Below, in pieces: positions 12,850-24,600 of a DNA stretch of 64,000 nucleotides. Source of the DNA: Raja brachyura (Eukaryota). Positions within the stretch are counted from its first letter, which is position 1; every line of letters starts with the position of its first letter. The DNA is taken from assembly GCA_963514005.1 (NCBI GenBank), contig OY740807.1, positions 17,546,001-17,610,000 of the forward strand, written 5' to 3'. The position numbers and the translations under genes are program-made. A model generated the notes under the pieces. That model worked only from the letters and a program-made list of their open reading frames with translations, had not been told where the DNA came from and made no database searches.

Positions 12850-12950
12850 GGCAGGCGGCGGGTGCGGGTGCCGGTGCGGGTGCGGGTGCCGGTGCGGGTG
12901 CCGGTGCGGGTGCGGGTGCTGAGCCAGTCGGCTGGTGCGGGTGCGGGTCC
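12850..12950 (+). repeat. (GGTGCG/GGTGCC)n hexamer repeat
   Basis: Directly visible tandem hexamers just upstream of the miR host promoter. Confidence 0.9.
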
Positions 12951-12989
12951 CGGCCACCGCTCCGAGCTGCTCTCCCACCCAGCGCAGCC

Positions 12990-13135
12990 TGTTTATTAAT
13001 AACCCGCGAGCATTGCGGAGTGCGGTCCTGACGTAGAGCGTGCGCAGTGTGTCGGTGCTCGGGATTCGCTCGCCGGGGATCTCACTCTCACATCTCCGTA
13101 TAAAAGCAGCCGCGGCAGCAACTCAGCCGCCTGTG
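12990..13135 (+). promoter_or_regulatory. Candidate promoter of the pri-miR-212/132 host transcript
   Basis: MEF2-type palindrome TTATTAATAA (12993-13002), CRE-like TGACGTAG (13029-13036) and TATAAAAG (13099-13106) in a CpG island. Donors follow at 13245/6 (CG|GTAAGA) and 13374/5 (AG|GTGAGC). Confidence 0.65.
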
Positions 13136-14615
13136 TAACCACCAGCCACGCCGGACTGACCCGACCCACCGATGCGCCGGGCCGCCTTTCCACTCGTCCT
13201 GTCTGCTTCGTGGTCCCTTTGGATGTTGCTGCTCGGTAGACTACGGTAAGACTGCGGCTCGTTCTCCGCATCCCCCCCCCCCCAAAAAAAAAACCGAGCT
13301 GGAGTCGCGGCATCAACACGTGGGCACGGCGGCGAGCATCATCCGGACGGACAGACCGACCCGCTGTGCCCGAGGTGAGCGAGGACTGAGGTGGGATTCA
13401 CTCTGAGTTGGGATTATTTGAACTGGGCTGATATGTCAGCGAGTGGGCACGGATCTAGAGCCTGGGTTCAAGCCGGATGTGTCTGGGTTGAGACGTGGAA
13501 TTCGGATTGTGTTGGGTTGGGATGGCTAAGTGTGGATGAGGTTGGGAAATGGCATGATTCAGTTTAGTTTGGGTTGGGTTGGGATGAGTTGGGATTGCTC
13601 TGGTGTGGTTGGGTCTGAGCGAGACTGAGTGGGGATGAACCGCGTGAGTGTCTCCCGGGCACATTCTGCGGTCTCTGGTCTTCACTGTCCTGGGTTTGGG
13701 TCGGGTAGCCGCGTGGTCCCACAGTGTCGGCACTTGGCTCGGGACAGTGTGACAGGCTAAGCCTCCAACTCGCCGACACACCCACCCGCCCGTACCCGTG
13801 CCGCGCTGTAACTCCACTCCGGTTTCAACTATTCCAACGGGGCCGTTGGCTCCGGGAAGGGAACCCGGATAACATGTGGGCTGGGAAGGTCCACGTACGC
13901 CCAGAGTTTGCAGAGACGGGCCGAATGGTTGAAGCGGTGGGTGGAGAGCTGGGACTGCGGGCGAGGGGGCGGGTGGGAGGGTGGGAGGGGTATGTGTAGA
14001 CGTCCCAAAATGGATAGCCATTGCGATGCACGGCGAGTAGCGAATGTGAAGGTGCTTTTCCGTGATGTTGTTGGACTGAGGTAGCGGGGGGCGGTGGGAG
14101 CCCTCGGGGGGAGTGCAGCGCGTCCCCGGACACCTGGCTCACACCGACCCCGGGACAGAGCGGCGCCATCTCCATTTGTTCCTCCGCATCGCAATCCCAA
14201 ACACCGACCGTCAATCTGTGAGACTCTTCCGGGATACGAGGGGGCACGACCTCCCCGCGACAGCCCGTGGACCCTGAAACCACGCTGACCCTTCAGCGAG
14301 CCTCCTCGCACTCTCCTGGGCTGTGGAAACACTGTGGAAACACAGTCCCAGGTAACGCAACCCCCTTCCCACGGGACACCCCGTCCCTGCAACCTGTCCT
14401 CCCGCCCCGGACAGTGAGGACACCCACCCCGTGTGCAAGCCCCGGGGCCCTGCTGTCCGGCGCTATCTCCCTGCCTCGGCACTGCCCCAGTCCCCGGCGG
14501 CGTTTCGCGCAGTCCGGGTGGGGAATGTGAGCGGCGGTGGTTACTGGGTTAATGCGGGGTCCGGTCGGGCGGGCGGGCGGGCAGGGCGGTGGGCAGCGAG
14601 GGGTTAAGCGGGGAG

Positions 14616-14719
14616 TGACGGAGGTAGAGAGGCGCCGGTTGGCCGAGAGTCGCTACGTCAGGCCGCGGATGTGCGAGCGCTTCACCCCCGCCCCCGCCTG
14701 CGTCAGAGAGAGCGCGTCA
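14616..14719. promoter_or_regulatory. CRE half-site cluster plus EGR site immediately upstream of miR-212
   Basis: TGACG 14616-20, TACGTCA 14654-60, TGCGTCA 14699-705, CGTCA 14715-19 and EGR CGCCCCCGC 14689-97. CREB control of miR-212/132 is established in mammals. Confidence 0.65.
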
Positions 14720-14798
14720 GCCGCCGGGACCTTGGCTGTGGACTGATTACTGTGCGCTACCGGGTAACAGTCTACAGTCATGGCTACTGGAGCCTGAC
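14716..14798 (+). ncRNA. mir212: microRNA precursor miR-212
   Basis: 3p arm TAACAGTCTACAGTCATGGCT (14765-14785) matches fish miR-212-3p. 5p arm ACCTTGGCTGTGGACTGATTACT (14729-14751) pairs with it. Lower stem gtcag/ctgac and apical UGUG. Confidence 0.95.
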
Positions 14799-15066
14799 AC
14801 AAGCCGCAGTGGGAGCCGGCGTGGGCACATCGTCCCTGCAGAGCACTGAGCGGAGCGGCGCCGGGAGCAGTCAAACACCCCCTCGGTCTACCGCCCCCAT
14901 CCCCACACGTGGGCGGCTAGACCGGCAGCTGAATGCAACGTGGGTGGGGCGACCCGACCCGGCATCACCAACACCCTCATACAGCTCCCGGGCCGTTCTA
15001 CCCCCCGCCTCAGCGGGCCAGGGAGATGGAGGTGTAACACAGATAAACCCGCCTCCAGCGGTTATA

Positions 15067-15487
15067 GGGGACGGGTCCCACACACACTGGCACTCACTGG
15101 GGGACGGGTCCCACACACACTGGCACTCACTGGGGGACGGGTCCCACACACACTGGCACTCACTGGGGGACGGGTCCCACACACACTGGCACTCACTGGG
15201 GGACGGGTCCCACACACACTGGCACTCACTGGGGGACGGGTCCCACACACACTGGCCCTCACTGGGGGACGGGTCCCACACACACTGGCACTCACTGGGG
15301 AACGGGTCCCACACACACTGGCCCTCACTGGGGGACGGGTCACACACACACTGGCACTCACTGGGGGACGGGTCCCACACACACTGGAACTCACTGGGGG
15401 ACGGGTCACACACACTGGCACTCACTGGGGGACGGGTCCCACACACACTGGCACTCACTGGGGGACGGGTCCCACACACACACACTG
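15067..15487 (+). repeat. 33-bp minisatellite (gggggacgggtcccacacacactggcactcact), about 13 copies
   Basis: Near-identical tandem units. One inverted unit at ~15797-15846. Confidence 0.95.
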
Positions 15488-15936
15488 AGATTTGGGACAT
15501 TTGAGATGTATTGGTTATAGAGCGGTGAGATGAAAAGAGAGCGCTGATTGTTGAGCGATCGAGCCTCTGTGTGGTGGAGTCTTGCTGAATCGCAGATGGA
15601 CCCGGTTTGCCTGGCTTCACTCCACCGTGTCTCCGGCTGTGTAGTTCGGACCAAGGACTCGGCGGCCGTGAAACCTGGATCCATCTCCCGACCCGCAGCT
15701 ACCTGTATGGCTGTTTAAACATCATCGTTGCTCCCCGCCCTCCCGGCGTAGTAGTGTCTGACGCACTCGGGTTAATGCAATTCAAGTCGCAGTCCCCTAG
15801 TGAGGGTCAGTGTGTGTGTGTGTGTGTGTGACCCGTCCCCCAGTGATCCGGGGTCACAGACGGGCCCCGACCGCCTCCACCCACAACACTGCGGGTCCGG
15901 GGCGGCGACGTTAGGGACCCGGGGAAGGGATGCGGC

Positions 15937-15993
15937 GCTACCTTGGTTACCGTGTACTGTTGCCGTGGTTACGTGGGGCGTTACCATGGGTAC
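15937..15993. promoter_or_regulatory. Three tandem RFX X-box motifs
   Basis: On the minus strand GTAACC-AA-GGTAGC (15937-50), GTAACC-AC-GGCAAC (15959-72, perfect) and GTACCC-AT-GGTAAC (15980-93), spaced 22 and 21 bp. Confidence 0.55.
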
Positions 15994-16555
15994 GGCATGT
16001 TGTTTGGATACGCCGTTCTGTCCATCGCTCAGTGCTGTGGGAAGCATCAGCACCCACTACCACCACCCTCACCTCCCCACCCTGCTCACTCACTAACCCT
16101 CATCCCCACCCCGTGCACCGACCCCCCCCCCCCACCTCTCACCATCCACACGCCATCCCACTCTCACATAGCCACTCCCAAGCTCACCATCTCTCTCCCT
16201 CACCCTTATCCCGGCACACACACACCCTCACCATTCCCACCCCATCACACTCTCACCTAGCCAGTCTTATCCTCACCAGCCCTCTCCCTCATCGTGTCTT
16301 CCCCAACCTACCCCTGCCCACACCGCACCCACACATCCTCCCTCCATTTCTCCCTCCACCCAATTCCTCCCCCCAACCTGCATAATCTCATCATTCACCC
16401 CTTCCCTGTTTCCCGCCCATTCCCACACCCCTTACCTTGTTTGTAGGGGATGTGTATGGGGTGAGAGGTTCGGTTGGTGATATGGTGATGTGGGAGGTGC
16501 AGTCACTGTGCGGTTCAGGTGACCCGCCCTGGGCCAGGCAGTGGGAGACTTGACC

Positions 16556-16645
16556 AGCCCTGCCCACGGAGACCGTGGCTTTAGATCGTTACTGTGAGTC
16601 CGGGGTGGTAACAGTCTACAGCCATGGTCGCTGAGCCAGGGAGTC
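16556..16645 (+). ncRNA. mir132: microRNA precursor miR-132
   Basis: 3p arm TAACAGTCTACAGCCATGGTCG (16609-16630) is identical to vertebrate miR-132-3p. 5p arm is ACCGTGGCTTTAGATCGTTACT (16572-16593). Apical UGUG and a downstream CNNC (CGTC at 16646). Confidence 0.97.
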
Positions 16646-17004
16646 CGTCCCGACCCCACCGGGCCTGGCCACGGGAACACAGCCTCCATTCTTGGGGAAA
16701 GTAGGTGGATGGAGTGGGAGGGGGGGGGGGGGGGGGGTGATATGAAGGTGGAATGGTAGGAGCGATGGATGACGAGGGCGAGGAAAGGAGGGATGACTGG
16801 AGGGGAGGGGAGAGGTAGGATGGATGGGGTGGGGGAGAGGGGATAAGATTTACGCAGGAGGGGGGCTTGATGGAGTTGGGGGGGGAGAGGAGAGGAAGGA
16901 CAAATTGAGGGGAAGGGGAGGGAAACAGATTGATGGAGTGGGAGAGGAGAAAGGACGGGTGTAGGGGAGGGGAAAAGAAAGGGAGGGAGGTGGGGGGGAT
17001 GGAT

Positions 17005-18520
17005 CATAGAACGCTGAATAGTATTTCACAGGGACAGGTCCTTTGGCCCACAATGTCTGTACCGAACACGATACCAATCTAATCTAGGACCATCTTCCAA
17101 CGTTTGTATTATATTCCTCTTTTCCTTGTCCGTCTAATTGCGTCTTAAACATCACTTACACACCTGCCTCCAATGGCAGCGCATTCCAGGCACCCACCAC
17201 TCTGTCTGTTTGTGTGTAAAAACAAAAAGTTGCCCCACAGATTGTTAAACTATCTCTCTCACCCTAAAGCAATGGCCTCTAGCTTTTGTGTAGGAAGGAA
17301 TTGCAGATGCTGGTTTAAACCGAAGATAGACACCCAAAACTGGAGTAACTCGACGAGATAGGCATCTTCTCTGGAGGGAAGGAATGGGTGATGTTTCGGA
17401 TCGAGACCCTTCTCAGTCTGAAGAAACGTCACCCAGTCCTTCCCTTCAGAGATGCTGCCTGTCTCGCGGAATTACTCCAGCTTTTTGTGTCTATCTTCGG
17501 CTTCTAGCTTTTCAAGTTTTAGTCATGGGAGAAAGGTTGTGAATGTTTGTGATGCCCTGATAGTTTTATAAACTTCTATCAGCTCTCCCCTCAACCTCCA
17601 ACTCTCCAGAGGAAACAATCCATGTTTGTCCAACCTCCCATTATAGCTAATACCTTCTAATACAGGTGACATCCTGGCGAACTTCTTTTGCGCCTTTTCC
17701 AAAGCCTTCATATCCTTTCTGTAACAGAGCAAGCAGTACTGCACGCAATACCCCAAAAGTGGCTTAATCAAAATAGTATTCAACAATTCAACAACATTAT
17801 GCCAAATGATTTGCTAACATTTCAACTCAATGACCCAACCAATGAAGGCAAGCATGCTGTATACCTTCTGTACACCGGCCAACTGTGTTGCCACATTCGG
17901 GAACGCCAGGATCCCCACCCCCCCCTCCCCCCTCTGCTTCCGAGGGTCCTGTCATTTACTGTATTATTTCATCTCCTTGGTCCTTGAATGAATCTGCCCT
18001 GTCCCTAGATACCCTTTCGCTTATAATATATGTGTAGGATGCCGTGAGATATTCCTTAATTCCGTTTGACAAGCACATTTCATGTTCCATCCAGCCCTCG
18101 TGATACCTTACTTCTTTCCTGCTTCCTTTATACACCTCAAGGGCCTTGTTCGATTTCAACTGCGAAACTCTATATACATTTCTCATTCCTTTTTGACTAA
18201 ACTTACAACGTCGTTTGTCATCCAAGCTTGCAATCTCTATCTTTTATCTTCTCAGGAACATGCTGGCCCTGAATGCCACCCGCCTGGTATTTATGAGGAT
18301 CCCACATGTCAAATGTGGATTTACACAATGGAAGTCTTCCGAACAACTTTCTCAGTAACTGTCTAATACCGTTGTAATTATCCTCCCACAATTTAGCCCT
18401 TCCTCTGAGGTCCTCATCTATAACCGTCATGAAGCATGCGGGGTTATGATCCCGGGGAATATGCTCCCCCACTGAATATCCGTTGGCTTGACCAGCCTTA
18501 TTGCCCAATATCAGGTATAG
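17005..18520 (-). mobile_element. Degenerate CR1 LINE fragment
   Basis: Minus ORF pieces (KPLLGYCVQY...KDMKALEKAQKKFARM...RLRGELIEVYK) are CR1 RT C-terminus. Contains a nested palindromic element. Confidence 0.8.
17288..17502. mobile_element. Palindromic (head-to-head) Penelope-derived short element with 10-bp TSD
   Basis: Two opposed copies of the hammerhead-bearing unit, flanked by tctagctttt at 17278-87 and 17503-12. Confidence 0.75.
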
Positions 18521-18728
18521 TATGAAGATAGACACATAAGACTTGAGTAACTCAGAGGGTCCGACAGCTTCTCTGGGGGAAATGAATATTTGACATTTCG
18601 GGTCGAGACCCTTCTTCAGACAATGTATGTATTCAGACCATAGTATGCCCCTTCCCCTTCCCCGCTTGGACTATCGACATATCGTTTCAACTACTCGCCG
18701 CCCCCCCCCCCCCCCCCCCCCCTCACAG

Positions 18729-18995
18729 ATGCGCAGATTCTCCAGAAAATCGTGGAGTTCCTCCCTGGAGACGAGGAGAGACTGACCTGGCCATCTCACT
18801 GCCGATAACTGTGCAGTGGACCCGTCCTCCGTCACTGGCCACCAACCACACTCTCGGGCGAGAGCCCCTGTGGTGCCAGCTGACCCCAGCATCGCCGGAA
18901 TGAAGACAGGGGAATCCTCCCTGGGCTCCTCCAGGAACTCGGGCCTGCAGGGGTCTCAGGGGTCTTGGGCCCGAGAGGTGCTCCCACCACGAGAG
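18729..18995 (+). ncRNA. Candidate downstream non-coding exon of the miR-212/132 host
   Basis: Acceptor (C-run)tcacag| and donor GAG|GTAATC around unique sequence with stops in all three frames. AATAAA at 20337-20342. Confidence 0.35.
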
Positions 18996-19109
18996 GTAAT
19001 CTATCATACCGAGGGATGGGAATGGATACAACGTGCGAGAGTACCTCAAGTAGCATCTCTGGAGAACATGGATAGGTAACGTTTAGGGTCGGGACCTTTC
19101 TTCATACCC

Positions 19110-19390
19110 TTCTTCCGAGAGGTGGTCTCTCCAAACCTAGAGGTGGTCCCCTACACCTAGAGATGGTCCCATCACAGAAGAGAGGTGGTTCTATTACACA
19201 GAGAGGTGGCCCCACCCCCCTCCACCACACCCTGAGATGGCCCCACCGCAAGGAGAGGTTGTCCCTCCCACGGAGAGGTGATCTCCCCACACGAAGAGGT
19301 GGTCCCGCCACACTGGGGAGTGGTCTCGCCACACTGAAAGGCGGTCACACCAAACCCAGATGTGGTCCCACGACACCGGGGAGACCGCAC
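19110..19390 (+). repeat. Degenerate ~22-bp tandem repeat (gagaggtggtccccccacac)
   Basis: Repeated gaggtggtc units visible. Confidence 0.75.
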
Positions 19391-22229
19391 CAGCTCTGAT
19401 CATCGGCGGTGATGGGGTGGACGCGCGTCCTGATGTAGGTCCACGCTGCTCTGTGTGCGGGGATTGAACGGTGCGCGGGGAAGGAAGGAAGGGGACGATC
19501 GTCATCATAACCCCGGCTCACTCTTTCAATCCGTCCGATAGAACGGCATCAACTGAAACGTCGTCTGTCCGTGACTACCACAGATGCTGCCTGACCCGCT
19601 GAGTTGCTCCAGCACTTTGTATTTTGCTGTAGATCCCAGCCTCTGCGAACGCACAGCTCTCGCAGCACCGCCCTGTGACCTCGCAGCCTGTAATTCAAGA
19701 AAAATGTCCATAACCTTTCGAAAAGTAAAATCTCTTCCTCTCTCCGTTCTCACCATTAGCGGAGGTAGCGGTGTATGTGAGGGGACGGTGTGGAGGGAGC
19801 TGTCCCACCCTGCGGCGTGGAATGGGACCGTGTAGAGGGATCTTCGCCCTGTGTCATTCCCTGGGGATGTGCGATGGGACAAGTGCTGCCGCTTACCTGG
19901 ACCGTATCTCCTACCTGTGCCGTCGAACTGCGATTGTTCCCGGTGTCCGGACTGCAGTCGCGTCAGTGTCCAGGCTTCGGCCATGTGTGGGCAGCGGCCG
20001 TGTTTGGTGTCCGGGCCGGGTCTCCGCCTGTTGTCCGGCTCGGTGACGGTGTGACTTGCCTCTCTCAACTGTAAAAGTTTACGTGCTGACCCGATCTTAC
20101 AGCACTTAAACTCTTACTGTTCTGTGAATCAAGTCTTTCCACCGGAGCAACGCACGGACAGGTCCCGGCCCCTCGGCCTCGCTCCTCGTGTAGGTGAACT
20201 CACCCAGACCCCTGCCCGGCAGAGACCCTCCTCCCCACCAGAGACCACCCGCCCCGTAGAGAGACCTCCCTTCCCCTGTGGAGACCCCTCCCGTGTAAAA
20301 CTCCCTTCCCACCAGAGACCCCCCCTTCCCCTACAAAATAAAACAGCTGAAAAAAACACTGCCCCCCCCCCTTCACTGTGAGCACCAAGCGTACCAGTTG
20401 GGCCCAATCTCTCCCCAGATGCTACTCCCTCCAAGCTCACCATCATTGCTCATCCACCCTCACCCTACCCCACCAGGAAACTGTCGGTACTCACTTTCCA
20501 TTGAAATTACTTACATCCCACCCTTTGCCTCCAACACTGCCCCCCCCCCCCTCACTGCCCCCACAGCCCCTTGCAAACTTGGTCACTATTTCCACCTCCA
20601 CCCCCCCCCCCCGCCCCCCCTCTCTAGACTCATCTGCCAATCAAACCCCTCTGACCTTTACCCACCTGTCACTTGCCAAGTTTGTCGCAGCCGACACTCT
20701 GTGCAGTTTTCTATAATCAGTGTGGCGCCCTGACCTGAAACACCATCTGCCCATTTCCTCCACAGATGCTGCCTGACCTGCTGAGTGCCTCCAGCACTTT
20801 GTTTTGCTCTAGATTCCAGCATCTGCAGACTCTGTGTCTCGTTTGACGGAAGAGGTCAGAGTGATCCGGTTGACCCCGGGCTGGTGACCTTCGGATGGTG
20901 ATCCCTGGACATTGGGGGCCGAGCTGATGTCAGAGCGGGAGAACTCTCACCAACTGAGGAGGAGCAGATGATGAAGGGTCAGCCAGCAGCAGTAAACCAT
21001 TGGGCAAAGAACAAGCAGCTGACGGGGTCATGAATGTAGGGCAAAGGTCAGAGTACGGACATGCCTGAGCACTTGGGCACAAACAAACGGCGAGTGTGAC
21101 AGAGCCTGGTGCAAACACAGAGACACATCATGAAAGAGGAGGAGTGTGAAGAAGGTGTGCCACACATAGGCCAGTCCAGTGAACTGGCGAGACTACATAG
21201 GCCACATAGGCCAGTCTAGTGAACAGGGATCAGTACCAACACAGTCAGATTACACCAGCATAGAATCACAGAACCGCACAGCACAGAAACAGGCTCTTCA
21301 GCCCACCTCGTCCATGCTGGCTGCGATGCCTATTTATGCTAGGCCCATTTTGCTGTGCTTGGCCCATATACCTCTAAACCTTCCATTTCCATGCACGTCC
21401 AAATGTCTTTTAAATGCTGTTTTTCTACCTGCCTCAACTACTTCCTCTGGCAGCGTTATATAAACATAGCAAATAGGAGCAGGATAGGCCCTTTGGTCCT
21501 TCGACCCATTCCTGCTTTCTCCTCACATCCCTTGATTCCGTTATGATAACCACCACTATCTTTGTGAAAATGTTGCCCCTGGGATCTCCTTTAAAGTTCT
21601 TCACTCCCACTTTCAACTTGTGCCCTCCAATTCTACACTCACCTGCCCTGGGAAAATAATGTAATCCACTCCAAGAAGTAATGGAACCAGGTAATTCAGC
21701 CCAACTAGTCCATGCTGACCAAGATGTCTTATCTAAGCTAGTACCACATGCATACATTTGGCCCATATCCCTTTAAATCTTTCTAGCACACAGTGCACAG
21801 GTCTGGTACCACATACCCACCAGTTAGTGTGACTGCATTGTCTATAATCATCTTTTGCGTGTGTACAAGATCTATTGCAAACACATCACAGACTCATCAT
21901 AAAGAGTGAACAGGCACCTGTAGAATCACAATGTGGATAGCGGCTAAAGGGAACAAGTGTTGCTGCACCGGCTTATGAATAGGGTTTTGTATAAACCTAC
22001 AAGGGATGTACAAGGTAATGTGAGGAGAGGCAAATATGGACAAGCAACTGACTGATAAGACCTGCTCAAATACCCCCACAGACCCACTAGTGAGGGCAAT
22101 CTAGTGGAAACAACCAGCACAGCCATGTAGGCCTTGCATGGACACACCCAAAATTCACTACCTAAAAGGAGAAATAGTGAGAGTTCAGGGCCAACGAGTT
22201 CTGAGACTAAAAGCCAGGGGTGACATGTA

Positions 22230-24600
22230 CACGGGAATCTGGATATCAAGGGATATTGAGGGTTAGATAGAGAGAAAATAGAAGCATGTGCCAAGTGTTG
22301 GGAACTAGTCAGAAGATCCCGGTATAAAATAGTGTAGGGGGCACTTAAAGACACACCTAGCGAAGCAATGGTCACAAAAAAATTAGATATGAACAGGATT
22401 CATGTAAATTCAAAGGTGCTTTATCAGTATATTAAGGACAAAAGAATAACTAAGGAAAGAGTTAGGCCCATTATGGACACCAGTGTACGTGCAGCCATAT
22501 GGTAGAGGCAGAGTCATAAATGAAAACTTTTCAATGGTATTCATAAAGGATTCAGCGCAGGTGAAATTCTTGTAGAATTAATAAAGAGATGCTCAGTGCC
22601 TCAATGGGCTTAAATCCCAGGGCCGGATGAGATTTGTCCTGAGCTGCTATTGGAGACAACAACGTGATTGCTGTGGCTCTGGCTGAGATTTTCACAACTT
22701 GGCTGGATGCACATGAGGTACCAGATTACAGGAGGATGATAAATATGGTCCTCCTTGTCAAGAAGCACACAGGAAAAAGGTAAACCTAATATCATAGGGG
22801 GGATTTTATTGGAAAACATTCAGTGGGACAGGATTAATGATTACATGGAAACACAGAGGAATCAGACATAGCCAAATCTTGTCAGGCCAAGTTAATTGCA
22901 TTTCCTGATTGGGGTAACAAAGTGTATTGATGAGGATGGGGCATTAAATGTTATTGATATGGACTATGGCAAGGCTGGTCCATAATGTCAGGGCTCTCCC
23001 TCTCTCTGGATGCTTTCAAGAGAGAGCTAGATAGGGCTCTTAAAAATAGCGGAGTCAGGGGATATGGGGAGAAGGCAGGTCTCCCCATATCCTGCCTTCT
23101 CCCCATATCCCCTGACCCCCGGTACTGATTGTGGATGATCAGCCATGACCACATTGAACGGCGGTGCTGGCTCGAAGGGCCGAATTGCCTACTCCTACAC
23201 CTATTGTCTATTGTCTATTGGATCTTGGATCCAGGGAAAGTTGGTAACTTAGATCCAGAATTGGTCTGTTTGCAATAGGAAATGTAGGGTGATGTTAGAG
23301 GATTCTTCTTGTGATTGCATGTTTATAACTAGTGGTCTTCCAGTAGGATCAGTGCTGGCATGCTTACAGTTTGTAATATATATACATGATGTGGATGTGG
23401 ATGGCATGATCAGCAAGTTCACAAACCTGCCGTGATGCATTTTGGGAGCACTAATGAGGCCAGGGCAGAAGGGTTTCAGCCCGAACGTTGCCTATCTCCT
23501 TCGCTCCATAGATGCTGCTGCACCCGCTGAGTTTCTCCAGCATTTTGTGTACTCTTGAAGGGAGCAGTGCAGGTCGATAACATAGCTGGGAAGGCATATG
23601 GGATGCTGGCCTTCGTTAGTCGGGGATTGAATGCAAGAGTAGGGACTTTATGCTCAACTTTATAAAACTGACCAATGTTCCATTTCATCTGACCAATGTT
23701 TTATAAAGCCATCACACAACGGGAAAGATGAAATAGTGACAGAGAGGGCACAGAGGAGATTGACCAGGATGTTGCCAGGATGGAATGTTTCCATCATGGG
23801 GAGCCTGGAGAGGTTGGGTCTGTTCTCCCTAGACCAGAGTCGGTTAAGAGGGGCATGACTGATTCATATAAAATATGAGAGATATAAATAGGGTAGAATG
23901 CAGCAAACATTCCGGGGTGGAAGATTGCAACCTTCACGTGGTCCGCCCTGTTTCGACTAATACGATCAACTCGACGTGCACAAACGGAAGCTCAAATAGA
24001 ACAAGTTGTCCTACAACTTTAGGCTGTGCACGCCTCACGAAAGAAGAAGCAAACATTCCCATGTCAGAGACAGATAAAACTAGGGGATATAGATTTGGGG
24101 TAAGGGGTCAAAATTCAGAGGAGGTGTGAGGGGGACCTTCTTCGCCTAGAGAATGGTGAGTACTTGGAACACACTGCTAGAGAGAGTCACAAAAATATCT
24201 CAGGAATTCTCTGCCTCAGAAGGCAGTGGAGGCCGATTCACTGGATGGCTTCAAAAGAGAGTTCGAGCTCTTAGGGCTCGCGGAATCAAGGGGTATGGAG
24301 AGAAGGCAGGAACGGGGTACCGATTGTGGATGATCAGCCATGATCACATTGAATGGCGGTGCTGGCTTGAAGAGCCGAATGGCCTACCTTTGCACCTATT
24401 GTCTATGTATCTATGTTAAATGCTGGAGTAACTCAGCGGGACAGGCAGCATCTCTGGAGAGAATGGATGGGTGACGTTTCGGGTCGAGACCCTTCTTTAG
24501 ACTGCTAGAGAGAGTGCTGGAAGCAGAGTCACTGACATCCTTTAGGTACATGGATACCACCTGAATCGCCCATGCATTCAAGGCGACTGGGAGATTTCGG
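22230..24600 (+). mobile_element. Old CR1 LINE remnants with nested younger CR1 3' ends and hammerhead-type elements
   Basis: RT-like pieces (atcccagggccggatgagatttgtcc, ggtcttccagtaggatcagtgctgg). Young 3' ends at 23005-23220 and 24205-24416. Short elements at 23467-23552 and 24418-24503. Confidence 0.7.

Noticed and set aside
15067-15487. CRISPR-like array of ~33-bp repeats
   Set aside because: Units are directly adjacent with no unique spacers, there are no cas genes, and the context is vertebrate.
14671-15620. Long ORFs (277, 249, 182 aa) with GDGSHTHWHSL / CVWDPSPSECQ repeats
   Set aside because: Open only because the 33-bp minisatellite lacks stops in several frames on both strands. 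They overlap pre-miR-212.
16013-16042. RE1/REST-like half sites between the miRNAs
   Set aside because: Both halves are mismatched and the spacing is non-canonical. Too weak to call.
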